The position numbers and the translations under genes are program-made. A stretch of DNA of 64,000 nucleotides, taken from the NCBI GenBank assembly GCA_030141605.1, contig JAQGDQ010000108.1, positions 1-64,000 on the forward strand. Reading direction: 5' to 3'. Positions 12,331 through 26,300 of this stretch are shown in pieces (position 1 is the stretch's first letter; every line of letters begins with the position of its first letter). The notes below the pieces were generated by a model that made no database searches, was not told the origin of the DNA, and saw nothing but the letters and a program-made list of their open reading frames with translations. This DNA is from Tubiluchus corallicola (lineage: Eukaryota; Animalia; Priapulida).

Positions 12331-15300
12331 TATAGCGTTTCTATTTAGAAGTCTTAATTGGCGTCATCTGGTACCTGAATTATATAGCTACCGCAGGTGT
12401 TGTATTTTGTGAAATTTGACTTGCTGCTAATATACCCTTCAAAATGTAGTTTGGCATATTCAGTATTTCGATCCACGAGCACCCTGCGGCGTTAACATCT
12501 GAAGTCTCTGAACTGCTCTTGGTCTGTGGGCATGAATGTACGCATAAATCAACAGAACTATTGTCAGCGAATGCATTATCACTTACATTTACAAGCTCTG
12601 AATAAATTATCATTTGTATCGGATGTAGGGCTTTTATGTGGAATTAGTTAGCTCATTAGTTAACAATGAAATTCGGCGGCTTCCTTTGGCTTCAGCGATG
12701 ATTATCCCCTAATCTCCAGGGAGCTGATATTAGTCAGTTATGAGTAATACGGTCAAGTACGCACAGTCAACTCAATCTTTTTTCCTTAGAGCTGGGAGCT
12801 TTTTTCCTTTGAGAATGCCCTGTTCCTGTCACACTAATCATAAATATCATTAAAGATTTTAAGTGGTCGAATATATAAATTAAGCTTAATTAATATTGCG
12901 GTTTCAAACTGTATAAATGGGTTTAATTGTCTAAACTAATTTAGTAATGTACGACACTGTACATAGTCATTTGGATTTTTGTTTTATGCTGACATTTCAG
13001 CGTTTCATCTAATCACTGTTCTCTGCGTTACTTGGGGGAAATCCGTGATGTTATTACGTGATATTATACGAATTAATATTACGTTTTATGGGCAATAAAA
13101 TATAGGCTGTGTTTGCATTCTGGTGACTATTGTAACTCGATAAGGTTATTCTGTCAGACACCGTCTCTGCATAAAATATTTATGAGTTACGCGGAGCGAT
13201 GTACGTGTCTTCCTTGTAATACACCCATAGCTACAGTCTTAGAAAATCTATAATTGTACAGATTTTATAATTGTTGGCACTCTTTCAGCTTTACCTTCAA
13301 TGTTAGTTAAAGTATGTGACTATTATATCATATTGATCATCATGAATGAGAAATGAGAATTTGGTTGTTTTTGCACTACAAAATACAACCACAAAATATT
13401 CAATTTTTTGGATTAGCGAAGCAGGGTTTTTCAAAAAAAGCTTTATGCGTGTTGTCACATAGGTTGGCTGCTCAAAGAATTTCGACATTTAACGCACCTG
13501 TTGACAAATGCGTACCTGTCAGCTGTCCAAGTAAGTAATCCAGGTAAGTACTAACGAATTTCTCAAAAGCGAAAGTCAAGGCGGTCCGCCAACGGCACAG
13601 AAGCTGTTCATATCAACAGCTTAACTGTGCATTAAGTAGCTCAAACTGCTGGTTAATTGATGTTCTTTAATTCTACTGCTAATTACGGCCAATCATTAGC
13701 GGTGCAAGTCAAAGTGGTCAGTCCAGGGCTCAATATACTGCCAGTTGAAGTAAATTGAATAGTCCAAGTCTCACGATAGATACCAAGAAACCATCCTGCC
13801 AGTCTTGCCTTTTTGCCATTAACTTACATCTGCAAAGTCTCAATCAATCGTGTTGATTTATTTTAAGGTTTATTTAGTTGTTAGTTTATTCCTTAGCCTG
13901 TGTATTAGTAAAATCAGTTTATTGAAAAAGTATCAATAAGGATACGTAGAACCAAGTTCAGTGATCATTTACTTCACAAGCAAATACAACAGAGACAAAA
14001 TACATTAATTACATTAGATTTAATTAATTACTTAGTTCGGTAATTACAGTATGAAACAGTATTTAAAAAGACATGCCTGTTAAAAATGAATGACTTTGAC
14101 TTAAACTGATAGTCAGTTAGTAAATACTGAACAATTTTCCTGCAAGTCTAAACTGTGTTTTTTTTGGAAACAAAATATACTTACTTTGTGAATCTCCAGT
14201 TAAAATAATGCATACTAGTCTGCCTAGTACTGTTTCTTTTGTCTTGCAGTAAATTGACGTAAAAGTTTTGTACACTTTATAGCAGGTACTCAATGAGTGT
14301 AAGTGAATACTACATAGTTACTAGCGAAGCAGTAGGTACAGTATTGGCTATTCAGTAAATCAGTTCAATAGTAAGTAATAATAATTCCTACCAAACCTCA
14401 TTCTCCAACATGATGTTGTTAGATTGTTACAAAATTGTGTACGTGCCATGTATAATTAACATGGTGGTGTAGATTTGGCTTTTTGTTGCTAATGCGTTTT
14501 CTTTTGCTTACTACACTGATCGAATGCTATATGTACATTTTGCAATATTAAAAATCCGGTTTTTGAATTGGAAAACCAGCTAATAAGCCTTGCAAATTCC
14601 TGCTATAGAGCAAGTTTACCTGTGTGGTATGTAATAATTACAGAAATTACCTTGGCACTTGGTGCTGTTGGCATTTGCTCTGTCGCGTGCAGCGGATGTA
14701 CTTGGCTCAAACTACGCATGATTTTTTTCAAAGTGATATTTTAGTTCATTAGCAACCTTTCTTCAAATCCCACAGGCAATGATGGAATTTCCATCGCAGC
14801 TTGTTGGTCTGATTCAGTCTGTCTGCCTCAGCAAGACTATTCACGTCTTTTCACGCCGCAGAGCTGCAATAAGGATCCAATGTAGCCACTGTATAATTCA
14901 TGGATTCCTTATTAAAATGTACGACATGTTTACAGAAATTATTTAACTTTCGTCCTTTTTGGTAAAGCAGTTATATTGTGTTAGCAGTTACCCATTGAAT
15001 TTGTTTAATCGTTTTAATCGCACCCTCCCTTATGGAAAACCACGCTGGAAGAGGGATGAGGTTCTCCGGGATGTCTCTCATTCTTAAACTCAAAAAGTTA
15101 GAGAGATGAGCCCGCTTAAGAATCTTTATATTGCTGCAGTATTTGCAGCGGTTACCCAACTCTAATTGTGAGCTTATTATCCTGGCACATCCTGTAATAT
15201 TAGACACGAGAACCTTCAATTTTCTTTTTATTTCTAAATTCAATACTGAAATGTGCAAGTGCGCGTAGACATTACAATTACAATTTGATTATTGTTACTG

Positions 15301-15913
15301 TAGAATCATAAATTGGTATATAATATCGTTGTGATTTTGTAATTCATGGTTTTCTTGTCTGTAACTTACAAACGTGTGTTGCGTTAGCTGTAAAAGAGGA
15401 TCCAGCGGGAAACGGGGAGAGAAAGTGAGAGAGAAATTGTAATGTGCTTCAGAGAGTAAAACAAAGAAATTAGGGGACTTTCTATTTTCTTTTCTGATTA
15501 GAGGACTTTGTGTTTGTGGTTAAAAGCCGCATAAGAATCTATCACTGTCTGACCGGAAAGCCGCTCCTAATCCAATTCTTGTTCGTGCCAACGATTAAAG
15601 TTAATCTTTGTAGGTCTAGACTAACCTTGCCTACTCTTCTACCGCTAGTTAGATAAGTGAATTTATCTGTTGGTTAGGGAATACTTCGATCGAGGCAATT
15701 TGTTTAAATGGAATTGCTAGAAGCGTCTGAAGCGTTCATCGTTGTTGCAGGTTGTCAAATTGCTGTGTAATTTGTTCCCTATGCTATCTCTTGGGTGCTT
15801 AAAAATTTCTAAAACTCCCGAGCGTATTTCGTTTGTGCACTCAAACAGCAAATACTAAACACTTATAAACAATACCATCGTCATCACCACCATCGTCATC
15901 ACCACCGCCGTAA

Positions 15914-16572
<659 letters not shown>

Positions 16573-19500
16573 TTGGTTGCTATTAGCAGTTTTGTTTTTG
16601 TTTATGTATTTTTTATGAATTTACGTAATTCATATGCCAGACACGCAACTTAAGACAGGTAGACGACAGGTAAAAAGACAACGAGAAAAAGTCGATACAC
16701 AGAAATCAAATTTAAAAAAGGCAAGAGCAAAAACACAAAAAGTAAAAAAGGTAAAGGAAGGATAAAGAAATAATAGTCAAAAAGGCAAACTACTATGACT
16801 TAGTATTAATATGACTTAGTTTCGTCCTTTATCTTTGGCCTTAGATTAAATTAGTTACTAATTATCGGATTTCAAGCGAACGTGAACTTTTAAAAATGTG
16901 TAGTGATACGTGAAATTGAACGGGAGTAATCTATGCTATTAATTAATATTGAAAAACGTTGTGAAATCCAAAGTAAACATCAAAAGGCATGGATTCTTAT
17001 TTATGCGGAATTAATCACCGAAACGCTGCAAAAACAAATGTGCATCTTTCACGTTTCCCATTTGGCTAGCACCCTCATCTTTGATGTCTGTAAACTCACT
17101 ACACGCACATCATCAAAGAACGCGACCTCAACTTCATTACCTCCAACCTCAGCACTCGCAGCGAGGAACGTCACAGTTGGCGCATCCGTTCATGTTGTGT
17201 ACTCATTTGTGTATAAGTTCCTTAAATAAAACCTCAACGTGCTTTTAAATGTACAATGTTGTGATCAAGCACTTTTGTAGACCAGGAGAAACTCGTGTTT
17301 TTCCTTTTTGCGTTTTTATGGCTTTGGGCACGGCTTTAATGGCCTTTGTTTAATGGATTTTTTGCAAGACTCTACTTTTCGTTAATTACTTTTTATTTGA
17401 GTAATGGTAGTAGCCGTTTTTACTAATGTTTCAACTTGTACGTGTAGTTAACATTGCCCCGAGGAGTAATGGCATGTGTTCATATTATTCTGTAGATGCC
17501 ATTCAATTTTCTGGTTATTTTCCAGCTCACAAGAAACGTTGCCGCCGGAAAATCGATTACTCAGTCAAAACGATCCTGTTTTCCCTGCCAAATCGACATC
17601 CAGAAGATTGTTATGAAATAATAAGTTTGGCTTCTTTGTATGCCCAACGAGGCGTGACGCTAGTTTTTCTGTTGGTAATTTGCTCTGCGTAAATGGCGTA
17701 CTATTGAGTTACTCTGCATGGGTACGCTATGTGAATGAACCTTGACGTTCCTTGTTGTGGCTAGAATTAAAGGTTTTAACCCCAGTTGGACATCAAGTAA
17801 TAGTTTAATTAATATACAATTGAAGAGGAAGACTGAAATTTTAGAAAACACGTTGCCACAGACATATTGTTTTGTCGCAGATATGAAAAACATTGTTTTA
17901 GATAAAGATATAAGGTAAAGATATAAAACACGTACATTGCTGATGAAGGACTTAAACTGTTCAATTCTTCCGTCATGGTTCGATGCCGTGCATTTCTACT
18001 TAGTATTCTGCTAAATATTATAAGTAATCAGTTTATTTTCCGTCACGCAACTTTTTTCCAGTGAACGTGGCCTAATTCCGTTCTTTGTCGCAGCCCAATG
18101 AGCGCATTCATGCGTGGACACACTCCACATGAACACGTGTCTGACTTCTCGTCTTTCTTCCCGATGAGTTTGACACTGAAGCCACACATCCTGTCCATTT
18201 GAAGATGCATACTATCCAGAGCTGTTTCAAGACTTCGGGGCGTTTATACGTGTTTTTAGCTGATGTTTGTATTGGAACGGTGTGACAAAGTTGATAAGGA
18301 TAAATCTTGTCAATGCACAAATTCATTCATGTTGTCAATGCACTCCATTTGCTTCCGTCATGATGTTGTTGTCCTTATCCCATTTGCATGCCATTACGGG
18401 AAGTTGTGGTTCTCCTTTCAGGCGTTTCTCCTGTTACCCTCCTCTGGGAATTCGGGAGTCTGCCCTGTACACAATAGACGCGTGTTTTGTAAACGTAAAC
18501 CTTCGCCACGGCCCGGCTGGCATATAGTTTAGTGCAATATTTGTTTCCAAAATAAAAGCACTCGTGCTTATTTTTGTTTGATGACTGGTTACAGTCGTGA
18601 CAGACTGTAGATTAGAGTGAAGGAACAGATGTGTGCAGGTCTCGTGGGCCCCTTACGGCTGTCCTTTTACTTTGGGCTTTTCCTTGAAAACGACGTTTTA
18701 TGTTTCAAAACACTGAGTTTGGTTTTCAATATTTAATCATGCCGTGGTAATTATGGTTTTTTAACTTAACCAGTTTTCAGGGTGACTTTAGGGGTTCTAT
18801 GACCAGATCTCAAGGTGGTTGTAGGGGCTCATGCATCTTGTGAGCCCAGAAATAATAATTCTAGAGACATCTGGGGTTTATTTTCAACGAGATTACTGCC
18901 AAATGTGCTGTTCTAATGTATGTTAAAGAAATTCTTGATGTTATTTATGTTTTGTTATATTTTGATCTCGCATTTATTTTCGAACTATTCGATAACCAGG
19001 TAAACCAACGGGCAAAAAGGCAGCACACTGTTGACTGGGATATAAATGCCAGCACACATCTGATTCTGCCAGTACTAACATATTTTAGTCTAGCCGTGAA
19101 ACATTTACAGGGGAAACACAGAACTCCTGCTGCCAGACAAGCAAACAGACATGTCTGTTGCTGATCAGTGAATTCCCGCCAAACAGAATTACTGAAGCCA
19201 AGGTTTTCAGCCCGCCCACCTTGCAGAACTGGGTAAGATCTTGATTGAATCCAAGGAGGCATAACATTAATTCCCTCATGAATGCAGGCTTCATCGTGTA
19301 TACTTCATCCCGCTGCTGATGTTGCACTAAAAAATTCCGTTTCATTTAATACATACGTGGCTCAGCAGTTGACGTCTTATTCCTTCGGCTACGGGCACGT
19401 AACTGTTGAAATTTCTATTTTAGTATCATTCCAGTAGATGGCACCATGTAGGGCCCTGTACGGTTCGTTCACCTATACTGTTATCAGCAGTTTTTTAATC

Positions 19501-20297
19501 GGATTTCTGTCGCTCCACAACGTAATCTCGAGTAGCGATGTTTTCCTGTCCAAAATCTTTAAGTAAAGACATACTTGCGCAGATTTTCTTATGTTACTTT
19601 TTCTTGTTTAAATAAAGAATTACAGATTCTTACAGTATCCATGCCTAATTTGAGTAAGCGATTTACTGCTTAGTTTAGTCTTCAGTGTAACGCACACATG
19701 TGGTTGTTCAAGAAATAGAAGTCTAAAAAACAGCAAAAAGGTAACTTTCTAAACTGCGTAACGTGTTTACATCTACATTGAAAAAGGCCTCTTAGAAAGA
19801 AATAGTTTTTGTAAATTTGCTTACTTCGCATTATATAAGCTTATACCCTGTAATTTTTATTTTTAAACCGTCCATTTTTACGTTGCCTACTGCCACTGTG
19901 CCTTACCTTTCCAGTTCCTGCACTTTTTTACGATTTGGCACCTTTCAAACCGATACTAAGGGTCTTTCCACAGTTTTCAGCACTTAACGCCTCATTACCT
20001 AAGGTAGTCCTTTCAGATGAGACGCTGAGCTGGCAGGTGTGTTCTAGCCTTAATTACATGCCTTTGCATCCTTTAGTAAATGAAATCACTCAGAATCAGT
20101 TTTCCCAGCGGCCATCCATCCATTTACTGACCTGGCTTGGCGTTGCTTAACTTCAGTCGCTCATCGCTGTTGGACTAAGTCACTCCATGCTTAAACGTCA
20201 AAATCTCACTCACCCGACCATTTTCTTAGCCGATATTTGTACTAAGCTTTGTCGAGTTATTCGTGACAATGAAAGCAGATTTAAATTGTGTTGAGAA

Positions 20298-20356
20298 CAT
20301 CCTTGTAAACTGTTGATGGGTCTTTGTTTCATCCTTGTAAACTGTTGGTGGGTCTT
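20298..20356. repeat. 32-bp-period tandem duplication
   Basis: CATCCTTGTAAACTGTTG(A/G)TGGGTCTT twice. Confidence 0.9.
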
Positions 20357-23186
20357 ATACAAACAAAGTAATAAAGTTCTGATAGCGTAAGTCTCCATTG
20401 TTATGTTGTTGTTGTCTGATTTTGTGCAAACTTAATTACAAAAATCTGTAAGCCTAAGTCGTTCTTCACCCAAATAATTTTACATCATCATCCGCAAGCA
20501 TATTAATTTTGGTGATGTATTTAGAACACAATTTCTTGAGAAAAATTTCTAACAAGTTTTTGTCTTGGTTCACCGAGATTTAAGTGGCTTTTACAGTAAA
20601 ATGGCACAGATTTACGTTGCTGTTTTAGTTCGAATACTTTGCTTATACTGAAATTATTTCGCTTTGTAAAATGACTTCAACAGCACCTACAACTTGTTCT
20701 TTGCCTTCTTGAAAAATTATTTGTCTGTTTATAAGTAATCCCTGTGACCTTTTCACGAGATCAAGAGGCACAAAATTATAATAAATCTCGTAATTTCGAT
20801 CTAAACGTATGATAAAAAGTTCAAGACTCTAGACTCAAGAGTCAGTCTGACGGTACCATTTGAAATGCAGTGGCGGAGTCGGGCGGTATTGTGTAATGGC
20901 GCTGGCAGTTAGATCTGATTAGATATTATAATTGCGTGTGCCTATTTATTCACTGTTAAAGATTTCAAGATTAGCATCCATATTACTCTGGTAAAGATTA
21001 CGTGACTCAGACGTTACGCGTGCAGTAATTCGACAGTCAGTATCACTGTTAGGATTATCAAAGATCTTGAGACATTCATTCAAGAGAGAGCTGCGTCGAT
21101 GGTTGAATATGCCAGAATCGACCGAAGAATAACTTGAGTGTGGTGCTATTATTGTAAGCTATAAGTGTGCCAAATTCTCAAAGTATACTAATGTGCTGTG
21201 CTGTACTAGTAGAGTAAAATTAAAATTTCTCACTAGTGTAAGCACTGTTGTGCCAGACAGTATTTCGGTTAATACTGCCAGCACTGACTGCCAGATTATT
21301 GCCAGACAATGTCTCAGTTAATACATTTTAGTGGCGTACTTCCTTGAAGTGTTGCTTGCATCACTGCTAACGTCAGTGTTACTGTCAATAATCTTGTGAA
21401 TTTTTGTTACGTTCTTGTATTTTCAGTGTTCAAACAAGCGTTGTTTCTCGGAAGTAGAACATTTGTGGATTCAGAGTAAATTCTACGGTTATAGAGAATG
21501 TTGACTAGAAAGAGGTGTTGGTTTCTTATCGAGTTTGTAGGTTTCAAAGTATTGCTCTGGCAGTATAAAATTGTAATTAAAGTCTAATAGCATGGTCTAT
21601 CTGATCGGACAGCAAGCAAAACTTAATTAAAATTGATCGAGGCTCCGTCTACGTCTTCAAATTGTTCAACTGCAGATAGCTGCTAGTGTGGTGGTGTAAA
21701 GGCTACGAGCTTGCGATTCCTGTATGTATCTGTAAGTTATAGAATTTGCTATGTAGTTATCTACTTTTTACGCTGCACTATAGTTGGAATTCGCTAGAAA
21801 ATCACATGATGCAAGGTCGTTAGAAAAATCGTAATGGTAAACAACATTTTATACGCAGTTTGCGTGTGACCTATTGCCAGGTAAATAAAAAAGTCGGGGC
21901 TGAACAAGTGTAAATCTACAAACAGGACAGCAAACAGCCAATTTGTCTATAGTGCTTGTTGAAAAATGTGTGACTTGCATACTGTTGTATGCTGTTGTTT
22001 TACTGTTTCTTTTTCACAACAGTTTCAATAATGAGGCGCAACTTGCATTGTGCTTGATATAAGGTCTCGCAGCCTCCTCTTTCCCGAGGCCTTCTTTCTT
22101 GTGGGACAGCTTGACACCATTAAGTTTTAACGATTTACAGCATTTCTGGATTCGAGCTATTTGGTAGAAAATTATCAGGAATTTACAGGGTAAGCATTTC
22201 TCCCTATTTGCACACGCAACTGGTGGCAAACAGATTGTCAATGTGCCTGCGTGTCCCCAATCTCCTGTTTTAAGTAGCTTTTCGTGTTTCCTGGCAAAAT
22301 TTCTCACGTTCCTGTGCTTGAATTTACTGAGATTTCGTGAAAATTAGCTGAACACGCAAATGACAACCCGAATGGGGTAGTTAAGTGCATACTCAGCACG
22401 ATATGTGTTTCAGTAAATGTCGCTAGATACAGTGTATTTAAAGTTATAGTTGTTCGCTATATCCTCGCGTACTTATTTATAAGAAATTGCAATTTTTCAA
22501 GGCTTTTGTCACGTTTGAATATTTCTTTATTTATTAACTAAATTTGCTTTTGTTTTTCTCTAGTTCCAGTAAGAATATTGCAATTGAAAGTACATGCACA
22601 AATTTTTTTTACATGGTTAGAATAATAACTGTATTAGTGTAAAGACGGTTACCACTTCTATGTATGAAGTAAATGATTTGTGAAAAGCAAAAAAATTCTT
22701 TCACCATTAGAGCTGTTGTGATATATATCTATTAGGTAACTCCCAGTCCATTTACTTGCACTGTTGCATTGTGGCATTTTTTAGCTTTATCTTACACAGA
22801 TCTTTCATTTGTTTGTTGTTTTGTATAACTCTGCTCGCTACTTTTCTTTAACCTTTTTAAACCTTTATATCAGGTAGCAGCCTTCGTTCGCAAAGTACGT
22901 TATTTTATACATTATAAATTATGTTTCTATGTAACATTTACTTTATCTTTGTTATCATATTTTTAAATAATTGGCAGACTAGATGACTTTTCGGTGTTTT
23001 CACCACCGTTTCTCTTGGTTGTTGACGTCATGCTATTGAAGCAAATAAACTGTTCTGTGTTCTAGGTTGTGGCTGTGACGTCGATTGCAGTATCACATAC
23101 GCATACCATTTCTAAATAGGCATAAGTAAAAATGTAAACGATTATTGATTTTTAACTAAATTCTGACTTTTTTCTTTACTTTCCAG

Positions 23187-23322
23187 GTTCTGGTATCCCC
23201 ACACCACGTAGCAATGCGTCCTCCCGCTCAACTAGTCCAAGCAGTTACAGTTCACTTTCTACAGGGTTGCCACAGCCAAAGGTCTCTCGAAGTAACTCGT
23301 TGACTGAGAAAACAGTGCACAG
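23187..23322 (+). CDS. NAV2: Navigator exon A (phase 1-2), SGIPTPRSNASSRSTSP...
   Basis: Polypyrimidine TTCCAG acceptor, CAG|GTAAAT donor, open frame with an SxIP motif, in phase with the next exon. Confidence 0.8.
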
Positions 23323-26300
23323 GTAAATTTTTACATAGATGGTGAACTTTTTTATGTATAGTGTTACGTATCTGAAAGCAGGCTAAGGCCGACCTTGCAA
23401 CGCAATGCAACTGAGAACAACTGGAGGCTGGGTACCTGGCAGTAAATGCCGGTATATGATTCGCCACTAGTTCCGAGTATATCCATTCGACATAAGCAGG
23501 CTTACGACGCAAGTCAACCCAACGCAACTCAGTTCCGACGAGTTGTTCTTGTTCTACTCGCGGCATACGATATGCACCCAGTTCCAAGTGATCGCAGCAA
23601 CCTGTGCATTGTTCGTCGATGGTTATGCTCTGGTCAGAGACTTTTTTCGTTTGCGTATAGTAAGTCGTCGTCGACTTGAGTAGTATTGCGTATCTTCGTA
23701 GTTGCGTGCAGCTGCTTGAAATCAGTCGTAGTCGAAATGAGCGTGTGTCAACAACTGTTTCTCGTCGGTTGAGGCGAGATGCGTTGCGTCGCTAGTTGAC
23801 GCAAGCTTAGCTTAACTTTTTTCTGTTTGGTGCCAGTATTAATTTTATCAACTAATTCAAATTTTCTTTGCTTGCTCGTTGTCTTAACGTTAGGAAATTA
23901 ATAGAGGAAATTGTTTCTGGGTGGTCTCATTTAGCTATCTCTGGATTTCTTGTTAAGAAAAGGGAATGCATCTGCAGTGGTTAAGAGTCTAAACTTTGAG
24001 CTTGTAAACTTTTATTTCTTATACCCACCATTTAATCGATTATATTATAATTAGCTAGATTTTGGTCCCGCCACAAGCGTTGACGTTTGGTAGTGGGTCC
24101 TGCCATTGAGTGCTCGATTTTGACTTGCACAATTGTATAAAATTAGATATTTTGTGTTATTAGTGTTACACTTTTTTGAGTTTATTGCATACTCAAAAAT
24201 AGATAGGTATACACACTTTCATATTATATGTAGCAATTTTATATGTGCTCTTGCCTTTTAGATTATTTTGCAGAAATAGGGGTAAATCTCTTTACAAAAT
24301 GTTCAGATTGAATATTTGTTTAGATTTGTTTCACAGTAGATAATAGTCCTATTTCACTGAACATGTTGTAATGTTGTTGCATATTTTTTCAGGGTAATAC
24401 AGAGCCCGGGTGCATCGTCGACTAGTTCCAATTCTTCCTCAAAGGGGGCAGCTACGACGAAACCCTCAAGTATTGCACAAAACAAAAACAACTCAATGCT
24501 AGAGAAGTTTAGATTTTTTAACAAAGAAAAGGGCCACAAAGCAGGGCCAGTCACCACTGAAAATGGACAGAAGTCTGCTGCTTCCATAGCTGCAGTTAAT
24601 GGGTAAATTAAGTTTGAAAAATAATACATTAGATGAATTACAGACTAAGTAAAGGAATGAAAAGCAGAATTTCTTTGCTCTTAATTTAAATATTTGAATG
24701 GCTGCTAGTGTGATACAGAACAGATATTATAACTTAGTGGATCTTAGTGAATCTTAAAATTCCAATAGTGTATGTTATTTTGTTTCTATGTTCAATGTTT
24801 TTAGTATGTTATAATTGTTAGGTATATCTGAATCACATTAGGGTGGCCCAATTTGGTCCTAAAACATATTTATACAAAATTTTAATATCAATTGTCAAAT
24901 TTGAACTAAAATAATGTGGTGACACACCATATTTATAACCACATCAGTGTGAATGAACACTGAAGGCTGTTTTTGAGCCAGCCTTAAGGCAGTGTGCTAG
25001 ATTTTCCAAATAACTTTTGTAGTGTTTCCTCAACTTTTGCATATCTCTGACATATAATAAGATAACAAGAATTCAAATCACAACTACATAGTATTAATAT
25101 TCAACAGTAAATTTCAGTAAATTTCCAATATTAATTCTCTATGTTACTGTACAACTGATTGAATTATTTGTGTTAATCTCCTTGTTGTAATTACTTACTT
25201 ACTTGCTTATTAGTTTTTAAAATGTAATATATTAATTTTAGACCTTAATGTATTTTATTGTCATGTATTTAGAAAAGCCATGCTATATTTCCCCATTTCT
25301 TTGCAATAGTAATGATGTAAATAGTAAAAGCAGTCCAGCTTTCACTACTGAAAAGCATCTTAGTGCATCTACACCTACACCCAGCCAAGAAGCAAATGCT
25401 AGTGGGAGAAGCAGCCCAAAAGTTGCAGTGAAGTCATTGGCAAAGAAAACTTTTGGTAAGCTGTGTCCTTGGTAACCTTTATGGAACTTTGCATTTTAAC
25501 ATTGCTTCTGTTTTTGTGTTTTATTAGTTTCAAAGATTGTGAAACTGATTTATTACATTACATTTTTTTTCTTGTGTTAAATATAGTAAAGTTTTTATTC
25601 AGAATTTATTCGAATTTGCAATGCAATTATTTTATCAATTTAATAAAGAAGTATTGCTAAGCACATAAGGTGCAAATTTCAATAACAATTAAACTCATGT
25701 AGCATGCATTTTATTACTCGGTTCTTTTTTTTCTTGAAAAAATAAATTTGGTGTTATAATTGCTTCTCTTACAGGTTCAAAAAAGGAGAAGAAGGAGGGC
25801 AGTATTTCACCGAAATTATCGACTAAAGGACTTCAGGGTACACCAGAAGCTCGTGTGAATGGTGATTACCGCTTAGAAGAAGAAGCGAAAAATTTTACAG
25901 CATCTGCAGCCAAGAATCGTGCAAAGGGTAGTCTTCCTCGAGAAGCTGATGAAAAAGAGAAAGATACTGTGATAAAATATCAAAAATCTGACCACAAAGA
26001 CCCTCCTAAGGTGCCAAAAAGAGATGACAGTTTGGTAAATGGTGGTGGCACACAAAAATCAAAGAAATTGGAAACACGGTCGTCATCGCGGTCCGATCTG
26101 CTAACCATTGAATCAAAAAGTGAAAAGCAAAAAAGTGATGAAGCAAATGGTAGTGAAGCCTCATCACGGACTAAAAGTGTTAAGTCACAAAATCTAGCTG
26201 CAGCAAAATCTGTCTCTCCTACGGGAAAATCTGTGATTAAAACGAAGGGACAAATGGAGGACGTGGGTATCGCTAAAACACCTGTTTTCAATGGGACTGA

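Noticed and set aside
13353-13549. ORF with tandem GTAAGT donors (13530 is phase 1 to exon A)
   Set aside because: Peptide looks like random AT-rich translation; phase match alone is chance level.
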